From contig CAWCTX010000005.1 in NCBI GenBank assembly GCA_963798505.1, forward strand, positions 807,745-831,744: 24,000 nt of DNA. Direction: 5' to 3'. The number at the start of each line of letters is the position of its first letter. Position 1 is the stretch's first letter. Positions 16,917-24,000 of this stretch are shown here, piece after piece. The position numbers were made by a program, and so were the translations under genes. Origin of the DNA: an uncultured Actinomycetota bacterium (GTDB lineage: Bacteria; Actinomycetota; Actinomycetes; Jiangellales; Jiangellaceae). The notes beneath the pieces are model-generated. The model ran no database searches. It had not been told where the DNA came from and saw nothing but the letters and a program-made list of their open reading frames with translations.

Positions 16917-17788
16917 ACGCCATCGTCCGGTGGTGGACCGCGCCCGTCCCGCTGGCGCGGGTGGCAGTGCTACGCGCCGCGATCTATCTGTTCGTCGTCT
17001 TCGACATGTTCTACCTCGTCAACGACGTCGTGCCGCATGGCTACGCGGGAGAGCTCTACAAGCCGCTGTGGATCGGGCGGGTGCTGCCGCTGCCCACGCC
17101 GACCCCCGCGCTCGTCCAGGGCCTGCAGGCGGTGCTGCTCGTCAGCGTCCTGGTCGCCGCGAGCGGGCGGCTGCCGCGACTCGCCGGCTGGACCGCGGCG
17201 GTCTGCTACCTGGAGTGGCTGATCGTCGGCATGTCGTTCGGCAAGGTCGACCACGACCACCTGGCGCTGCTGGTGGCGCTGTGGGTGCTGCCCACTGTGG
17301 GCCGGGCGCGGTTCACCGACCAGACCCAGAGCGAGGCCGCCGGGTGGGCGCTGCGGATGATCCAGCTGGCGGTGGCGCTGACCTACTTCCTGTCGGCCGT
17401 GACCAAGTCGATCCGGTCGGGCTGGCCGTGGGGCTGGGCCAACGGGGCGGTCTTCACCTGGGCGATCACCAGGCGGGGCAGCGACCTGGCCCGGTGGATG
17501 CTCGACTATCCGTTCCTGCTGCGCATGTCGCAGTGGGGCATCATCATCGCGGAGATCCTCTCCCCCGCGATCCTGTTCCTCAAGGGCCGCTGGCTGGCTC
17601 TTGCTGCGGTGTTCTTCCTCTCATTCCACCTGCTGACTTACCTCGCCATCGGCATCCACTTCCTGCCCACGGTCGTGTGCTGGCTGGCCTTTGCTCCCTT
17701 GGAGCGCTTGGTTCCTGGCCGCCGGCGGGTCCCCGTCGAGACCTCCGGACAGCCGGCCGCGGAGCCCGTACACGCTGACACCCCGTAG
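16913..17788 (+). CDS. Polytopic membrane protein, HTTM-domain-like (vitamin-K gamma-carboxylase-related fold)
   Basis: Intact 291-aa ORF with about 7-8 hydrophobic segments. It begins LARVAVLRAAIYLFVVFDMFYL, has a DHDH motif after the third segment, and contains WALRMIQLAVALTYFLSAVTK. This resembles HTTM family architecture. The assignment is by recollection only. Confidence 0.5.
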   Translation: MNAIVRWWTAPVPLARVAVLRAAIYLFVVFDMFYLVNDVVPHGYAGELYKPLWIGRVLPLPTPTPALVQGLQAVLLVSVLVAASGRLPRLAGWTAAVCYLEWLIVGMSFGKVDHDHLALLVALWVLPTVGRARFTDQTQSEAAGWALRMIQLAVALTYFLSAVTKSIRSGWPWGWANGAVFTWAITRRGSDLARWMLDYPFLLRMSQWGIIIAEILSPAILFLKGRWLALAAVFFLSFHLLTYLAIGIHFLPTVVCWLAFAPLERLVPGRRRVPVETSGQPAAEPVHADTP

Positions 17789-17856
17789 TCGGGTCTGTCC
17801 TACTCGTCCACATCTCAGATACCCTGCTCCCGCCCGATGTGTGAGGGAGGTAACGA

Positions 17857-19594
17857 ATGCCCGGGCGTCACAGCCCGCAGCGAGAGCTGGCGGAGCCCAA
17901 GCCGACGCGCTCGCGAGGGCCGCTTGTCGCCCTAGGCACAGTTGGCCTGGTGGCCGCACTGGCCGCCGGTGGCTGGGTCGTGCTGCGACCGATGGCCACC
18001 GAGACACCCGACTGCACGGGCTCGATCACCCTTCGGGTCAGCGCCGTTCCCGACATAGCCCCGACGATCACCCGGCTGGCCGATGACTACGAGAAGACCG
18101 GACCGGAGGCCGCCGACCGCTGCATCCAGGTCGCGGTCGACTCGGTGCCGGCCGGCGAGACGGCCAACGAGATCATCACGCTCGGCGGCATCCTGCCGAA
18201 CCTCTGGATCCCGGACACCTCGGTGTGGGCCGACCAGGTGCAGGCCATGACCGACGCCGCAGCGGCCGCCCCGGCGCAGCCCGCGAGCGGCGACGACGCC
18301 CCACTGCGACCACGCCTCGACGTCTCGACGTCGCTCGCCACCTCACCGCTCGTGGTCGTCGCACCGCGTGAGGCCGCCGCGGCGCTGGGGGGCGAGGCGC
18401 AGCAGTTCTCCTGGGTCCAGGTCATGGGCGGCGGCGTCAAGGCGACCGTGTCGAGCCCGAGCAGCACGTCAGAGGGACTGGTCGCGGCCCTCACGCTCAA
18501 CAAGCTCTTCGGTGCGGGTGAGAGCCGCGAGCAGCTGGTCGCCACGATGCTGCAGTACGTACGGTCGGCGGTGCCCGACGTCGAGATCCGCCTACCAGAC
18601 CATGGCCAAGGACCCGGCCAACGCACCGGCCTTCCCGGCGAGCGAGAAGTCGGTCATCGACCACAACAAGGAGCAGGCGTCGTTCGCCGCGCTGTACGCC
18701 ACCGAGGGTGTCTACTCCTTCAACTACCCGCTCGTCCGGATCAGGGCGTCCGAGACGCCTAACAGCCTCGACGTTGCCGCTCAGCAGTTCGAGGACTACC
18801 TGCGCACCCCCGAGAGCGTCGAGGCGTTCCTTGCCGATGGCCTGCGCAACGCGGAAGGCGAGTCCAAGGGGCTGACACCCGAGATGGGCGTACGCGGCGA
18901 GGTCCCGGCCACGCTCGGCGAGCCGCAGTACGCCGAGGCGGCCGTCCTGCTCAAGTCCCTGAGCGCCTTGTCCCTCGATGCCCGCCTGCTCGCGGTGATT
19001 GACGTCTCCGGGTCGATGCTGGAGAGCACTCCGGGCGGCAAGACGCGCATCGAGCTCGCGAGCGAGGCCGCCAAGGCGGCGATCGGCTTCTTCCAGCCGA
19101 CCTCCGAGGTCGGCCTCTGGGCGTTCTCGACCGACCAGGACCCGCCCAACGACTGGGTCGAGCTCGTGGAGACTGCGCCGCTGGGGTCCCAGGTCGACGG
19201 CGCCACGCAGGCAGAGCGGCTCGTCGAAGAGACCGACACGCTGGTCGACATCACCAAGGGCCACACCGCGCTCTACGACACCGCGCTCGCGGCCTACCGC
19301 ACCGCCAAGGCCGGCTATGACGCGGGCAAGATCAACTCTGTGGTGCTGCTCACCGACGGGGAGAACGACAACCCCGGCGGTATCAGCCTCGACACGCTGC
19401 TGAGGAACCTGCAGGCCGAGGTCGACCCGGCTCGCCCTGTTCTGCTCATCACCATCGGCGTCGGGCCGGACGCGGACATGGAGTCCCTCCAGCAGATCTC
19501 CAGCATCACCGGCGCGGCTGCCTACCAGGCGGTGGATCCCGGCGACATAGGCTCGGTGTTCCTCGAGGCGATGGCAGCGCGTACGTTGCGGTGA
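17857..19594 (+). pseudogene. Substrate-binding-domain plus von Willebrand factor A (VWA) domain protein, one frame break near 18588
   Basis: A GGGAGG SD precedes ATG 17857. There is an N-terminal TM anchor, then a periplasmic-binding-like region (ITLRVSAVPDIAPTI...LWIPDTSVWAD). After the break the sequence is AYQTMAKDPANAPAFPASEKSVIDHN... The VWA part includes the MIDAS-type motif AVIDVSGSM, then VGLWAFST and VVLLTDGENDN. Confidence 0.8.
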
Positions 19595-20096
19595 TGCAAG
19601 GCCGGGCCGAAGCCGTACGCAGTCGTCGACATCGACGGCGTCGTGGCCGACGTGCAACACCGCCTGCAGCCACCTGGAGCGGCGACCCAAGGACTGGGAC
19701 GCGTTCTTCGCGGCCGCCGACCGCGATCCGGTGCTGCCTGAGGGCCGGGCGGTCGCGCAACGGCTGGCCGAAGACCACGACCTGGTCTACCTCAGCGGGC
19801 GGCCGGAGCGCCTGCGCGCAGTGACCGTCGAGTGGTTCGCGAAGTACGAGATCCCGCCGGGCGAGCTCCTGCTACGCAACGACCGTGATCGCCGTCCCGC
19901 GCGCGTCGTCAAGGTGGAGATCCTGCGCCGGCTCGCGAGGGAGCGTCCTGTCGACGTGCTCGTCGACGACGACGCCGCGGTCTGCGCCGCCGCGCGGGCG
20001 GCGGGCTTCACCGTGCTCGAGGCGACCTGGTCGCGGCCCGAGCAGGCGCTGCTTCGATGCGCAGGAGTCGGACAGGTCGCACGTGAGGTCGGCTAG
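19591..20096 (+). pseudogene. HAD-superfamily phosphatase-like protein, at least 2 frame breaks
   Basis: The GTG/ATG start at 19591/19594 overlaps the VWA stop. The reconstruction is MMQGR/PKPYAVVDIDGVVADVQHRLQ/HLERRPKDWDAFFAAADRDPVLPEGRAVAQRLAEDHDLVYLSGRPERLRAVTVEWFAKYEIPPGELLLRNDRDRRPARVVKVEILRRL...VDVLVDDD. HAD motifs I (DIDGV) and IV (VDDD) are visible. The C-terminal frame is uncertain. Confidence 0.55.
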
Positions 20097-21069
20097 CTCG
20101 GCAGCAGGATGAGCTTCCCCATCGTCTGCCTGCCCTCCAGTGCGCGGTGCGCGTCAGCGGCTCGCGACGAGCGGTAAGGCATCGCCAATGGTGACCGTGC
20201 AGGCTGCCTTGGGCAACGGCCTCGAAGACGTCTGGCGGCCAGCGAGCGCAGCTCGTCGTCCTCCGCCGCGTAGTCGCCGATCGTCGGGCGCGTCAGGTAG
20301 AGCGAGCCAAGCTCCTGGAGCCGGTGCGGCTCGAAGGCGGGCACCCGGCCGCTGGCGGCTCCGGAGAGCACCAGCATCCCGCGCCGCCGCAGGCTCGCCA
20401 TGGACGCGTCGAAGGTGTCCTTGCCGACACCGTCGTAGACCACCGAGACACCGACGCCGTCGGTGAGCTTGCGCACCTCGGCGGCCACGTCGTCGACCTC
20501 GGTGTAGCGGATGACGTGGTTGGCGCCCATGTCGCGGGCGCGCCGCTCTTTGTCCTCCGTCGAGACCGTCCCGATGACGGTCGCGCCCTTGGCGCGCGAC
20601 AGCTGTACGAGGAGCAGACCAACGCCTCCAGCGGCGGCGTGCACGAGCACGGTGTCGCCTTGCTGCACCGGATAGGTGGACGTCACCAGGAACTGCGCGG
20701 TGATGCCTTGCAGCGCGACGGCCGCTGCCTGAGTCAGGTCAAGTCCGTCCGGCACGCGCAATGCGCGCGCGGCGGGGACGACATGCTGCTGGGCGTAGCT
20801 GCCGAACGCGTCGACCCAAGCCACCCGGTCCCCCACCGCGAAGTCGACCACCTGGTCTCCCACGGCCGTCACGACGCCGGCACCTTCGACGCCGACGACG
20901 TGCGGGAATGCCATCGGGTACATGCCCGACCTGCGGTAGGTGTCGACGAAGTTGACGCCCGCCGCAGCGACATCGACCAGCAGCTCGTCGGACCTCGGGA
21001 TGGGTGCGGCCACCTCGGTGACAGTCAGGACTTCCGGGCCGCCGGGGCGCTCAGCTCTCACAACCAGCA
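20093..21069 (-). pseudogene. qor: NADPH:quinone oxidoreductase (zeta-crystallin/MDR family), three frame breaks within about 80 nt near the 3' end
   Basis: From GTG 21069 the protein reads VLVVRAERPGGPEVLTVTEVAAPIPRSDELLVDVAAAGVNFVDTYRRSGMYP...VLVHAAAGGVGLLLVQLSRAKGATVIGTVST. The C-terminus reads sensibly only as DVFEAVAQGSLH / VTIGDALPLVA / AADAHRALEGRQTMGKLILLPS*, across three frames between about 20155 and 20235. Confidence 0.8.
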
Positions 21070-21096
21070 CACCCGAAACCCTAATAGGCTCCCCTC

Positions 21097-22609
21097 GTGA
21101 TCGACTCCGCCTTTCACGCCCTCCCGCTGCGCGTCTGCGCCGACGCCGCGCTCGATCGGGCCCGTGCCCTCGGTGCGTCCTACGCGGCGCTTCGCATCGA
21201 GCGCATCCGCTCCCAGCATCTGTCGCTGCGCGATGCCCGGCTCGAGGGAAGTCACGATGGCCTCGACGTCGGACTGTCCGTGCGCGTCGTGCACGACGGG
21301 ACATGGGGCTTCGCCGCAGGCGTCGACGTGACACCCGAGGAGGCGGCCCGGCTCGCGGAGCAGGCGGTGGCGGTCGCCCGGATAGCCGCAGGCATGAGCA
21401 CCGAGCGCATCGAGCTCGCGGACGAGTCGGTCTACCCCGACGTGTCGTGGGCGTCGGCGTACGACGTTGATCCGTTCACCGTGGCGGACGCCGACAAGAT
21501 CGAGCTGCTTGCCGAGTGGTCACGCCGGCTGCTCGACGCGGACAGTGTCGACCATGTCACCGCGTCGCTGCAGCAGGTCCTCGAGAACAAGTTCTATGCC
21601 GACAGCGCGGGCACGGTCACGACGCAACAGCGCGTGCGGCTGCACCCGGTGCTCGAGGCGCTCGCGGTCGACGAGGAGGGTGGCGGGTTCGACACGATGC
21701 GCACGCTGGCTCCGCCCGCCGGCCGAGGCTGGGAGTACCTCACCGGGACCGGCTGGGACTGGAACCGCGAGCTGGGCGAGGTGCCGCACCTACTGGCCGA
21801 GAAGCGCGCGGCGCCGAGCGTGGAGGCGGGCTCGTACGACCTCGTCATCGACCCGACCAACCTGTGGCTGACGATCCACGAGTCCATCGGACATGCGACG
21901 GAGCTCGATCGCGCGCTCGGCTACGAGGCAAACTACGCGGGCACCTCGTTCGCGACGCCCGACAAGCTCGGCAGCCTCCGCTATGGCACGCCGGTCATGA
22001 ACGTCACCGGCGACCGCACCCAACGGCACGGCCTGTCCACGATCGGCTTCGACGACGAGGGCGTCGCCGCGCAGGCGTGGGACATCGTGCGCGACGGCAC
22101 TCCTGGTCGGCTACCAGCTCGACCGCCGCATGGCGCGGATGATGTCGGGCACGCTGGGCATCGGGCGATCCAACGGGTGTGCCTTCGCCGACAGTCCCGG
22201 GCACGTTCCGGTGCAACGGATGGCCAACGTGTCGCTGCAGCCTGCCGACGGTGGCCCGTCGACCGACGACCTGATCGGCGGGGTGGAGCGGGGCGTCTAC
22301 GTGGTCGGCGACAAGTCGTGGTCGATTGACATGCAGCGTTACAACTTCCAGTTCACCGGCCAGCGGTTCTTCCGCATCCAGAACGGGCAGCTGGCTGGGC
22401 AGCTGCGTGATGTCGCCTATCAGAGCGACACTCTGTCGTTCTGGGGCTCCATGGAGGCGGTGGGCGGACCGCAGACGTGGCTGCTCGGCGGAGCGTTCAA
22501 CTGCGGCAAGGCACAGCCTGGTCAGGTGGCACCCGTATCGCACGGCTGCCCGAGTGCGCTGTTCCGAGACGTACGCATTCTCAACACGACGCAGGAGGGC
22601 GGCCGGTGA
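21097..22609 (+). pseudogene. tldD: TldD family metallopeptidase, one frame break near 22099-22104
   Basis: From GTG 21097 the protein reads MIDSAFHALPLRVCADAALDRARALGASYAALRIERIRSQHLSLRDARLEG...TIHESIGHATELDRALGYEANYAGTSF (HExxxH-type motif). After the break it reads LVGYQLDRRMARMM...GVYVVGDKSWSIDMQRYNFQFTGQRFFRIQNGQLAG...CGKAQPGQVAPVSHGCPSALFRDVRI. Confidence 0.85.
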
Positions 22610-23985
22610 CCCCGCAGGAGCTGGTCGAACGAGCGCTGTCGCTGTCGAATGCCGACCACTGCATCGTCCTTGTCGACGACGGCACTAGTGCCAATCTCCG
22701 GTGGGCGTCCAACACACTGACGACCAACGGTGTGATGCGCAGCCGGTCGGTGACGGTGATCTCAATGATCGACGGAACGTCAGGCACGGCTGCGGGCGCG
22801 GTTTCGCGGTCCGCGGTAGCGCCGGAGGAAGTCGAGGATCTCGTCCGCGCCGCGGAGCAGGCGGCGCGCGACAACGGGCCGGCCGAGGACGCTCAGCCGC
22901 TCGTCCCGGCTGAGGCGGCGCCCGACTGGGCAGAGGCGCCCGCGGAGACCTCGATCGAGGTGTTCGCCGACCTCTCTCCCGCGCTCGGGTCGGCGTTCGG
23001 CGAGGCGCGGTCGGCGGGGCGCCAGTTGTACGGCTTCGTGGAGCACGCGGTCGCGACCACGTACCTCGGGTCGTCGACCGGTCTGCGACTTAGGCATGTG
23101 CAGCCGGTGGGCAACATCGGAATCACTGGCAAGACCGCAGACCTCGCCACCTCGGCGTGGGTGGGCCAGGCGACGCGGGACTTCACCGACGTCGATGTGC
23201 TGTCGCTGGACGCCGAGCTGACCCGACGGCTGGGCTGGGCGGCGCGGAAGGTCGAGCTGCCCCCGGGGCGCTACGAGACCCTGCTGCCGCCCACGGCGGT
23301 GGCCGATCTGATGATCTACGCCTACTGGTCAATGGGGGCGCGCGACGCGAACGAGGGACGTACGGTCTTCTCCCGCCCCGGCGGCGGCACTCGGGTCGGT
23401 GATGCACTGTCGTCGCGCGCGGTGCACCTGCACTCCGACCCGGGATATCCGGGTCTGCAGTGCGCGCCGTTCGTCGTGGCGCATGCGTCGTCGAGCGAGT
23501 CGAGCGTCTTCGACAACGGGCTGCCCATCGCGTCGACCGACTGGATCGTCGATGGCACTCTCGCGGGGCTGCTGCAGACGCGCTACTCCGCCGAGCTCAC
23601 CGGACTCACCCCCACTCCCCCGGTCGGCAACCTCGTGCTCGACGTGGCCGACGGGTCGGGGTCGATCGACGATCTCGTAAGTCGTACGGATCGCGGGCTG
23701 CTGCTGACGTGCCTCTGGTACATCCGCGAGGTCGACCCGCAGACCCTCCTGCTCACCGGTCTGACCCGCGATGGCGTCTACCTGGTCGAGGGTGGAGAGA
23801 TCACCGGTGCGGTAAACAACTTCCGGTTCAACGAGAGCCCGGTCGATCTGCTCGACCGGTTTGCGGAGGCGGGTTCGACGGTGCCGGCGTTCAGTCGCGA
23901 GTGGGGTGAGTACTTCCCGCGTACGGCGATGCCGGCGCTGCGGGTGCCGGACTTCAACATGAGTACGGTTTCCGACGCTCAATAG
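22606..23985 (+). CDS. pmbA: PmbA/TldE-type partner of TldD (metallopeptidase TldD-related protein), intact
   Basis: The GTG at 22606 overlaps the tldD stop as GTGA. The protein is 459 aa: VTPQELVERALSLSNADHCIVLVDDGTSANLRWASNTLTTNG...GLLLTCLWYIREVDPQTLLLTGLTRDGVYLVEGGEITGAVNNFRFNESPVDLL. The TldD/PmbA pair order is typical. Confidence 0.8.
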   Translation: MTPQELVERALSLSNADHCIVLVDDGTSANLRWASNTLTTNGVMRSRSVTVISMIDGTSGTAAGAVSRSAVAPEEVEDLVRAAEQAARDNGPAEDAQPLVPAEAAPDWAEAPAETSIEVFADLSPALGSAFGEARSAGRQLYGFVEHAVATTYLGSSTGLRLRHVQPVGNIGITGKTADLATSAWVGQATRDFTDVDVLSLDAELTRRLGWAARKVELPPGRYETLLPPTAVADLMIYAYWSMGARDANEGRTVFSRPGGGTRVGDALSSRAVHLHSDPGYPGLQCAPFVVAHASSSESSVFDNGLPIASTDWIVDGTLAGLLQTRYSAELTGLTPTPPVGNLVLDVADGSGSIDDLVSRTDRGLLLTCLWYIREVDPQTLLLTGLTRDGVYLVEGGEITGAVNNFRFNESPVDLLDRFAEAGSTVPAFSREWGEYFPRTAMPALRVPDFNMSTVSDAQ

Positions 23986-24000
23986 ACCACTGACCTGCGG

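Noticed and set aside
18497-19690. 397-aa minus-strand ORF opposite the VWA gene
   Set aside because: It is antisense to a clear MIDAS-containing VWA domain, and its composition is shadow-like.
20091-20098. Convergent HAD-like and qor genes both terminate in the palindrome GCTAGC, sharing the TAG on both strands
   Set aside because: It is real in the sequence, but a 6-bp palindromic overlap of two stop codons is expected by chance. No hairpin or terminator accompanies it, so there is no basis for a functional claim.

Overview
This is a high-GC (about 70%) actinobacterial chromosomal window. The Rpf-LysM gene behind a ydaO-type riboswitch, the MMPL transporters, the DinB/DUF664 gene and the SRPBCC-ArsR operon suggest a Nocardioides/Propionibacteriales-like organism, but the taxon is only an inference.

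Gene content:
- Minus-strand transporter/phosphodiesterase operon: UMF1-type MFS, GDPD, CynX-like MFS, with a divergent GntR/FadR regulator.
- DinB-family gene.
- Two paralogous MMPL/RND exporters.
- EntS-like MFS.
- AraC-type regulator, VOC/glyoxalase and class-II UvrA paralogue.
- Small secreted protein with two H-X9-DG-like modules.
- SRPBCC-ArsR-SRPBCC operon.
- c-di-AMP (ydaO) riboswitch and rpf-LysM gene.
- Translationally coupled membrane pair, including an HTTM-like protein.
- Substrate-binding/VWA protein, HAD-like phosphatase, quinone oxidoreductase, and TldD plus PmbA.
- No rRNA, tRNA, CRISPR array, transposase or integrase was seen.

Two properties stand out:
1. Roughly 20-25 single-base frame breaks interrupt most genes, and I saw no obvious substitution-type nonsense codons. 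Several breaks sit in short homopolymers, and several cancel to net zero. This looks more like indel error, or very recent decay, than classical pseudogenisation.
2. A 60-90 nt module (AraC C-terminal tail, TGA, 5 nt, ATGGACATC) occurs four times within 2.2 kb. Each copy lies at the 5' end of a gene (MMPL, MFS, a 13-codon stub, VOC). Two copies are joined head-to-head as a 22-bp-arm palindrome between the divergent MMPL and MFS genes.

All coordinates and product calls come from reading the translations by eye. No database search was run.
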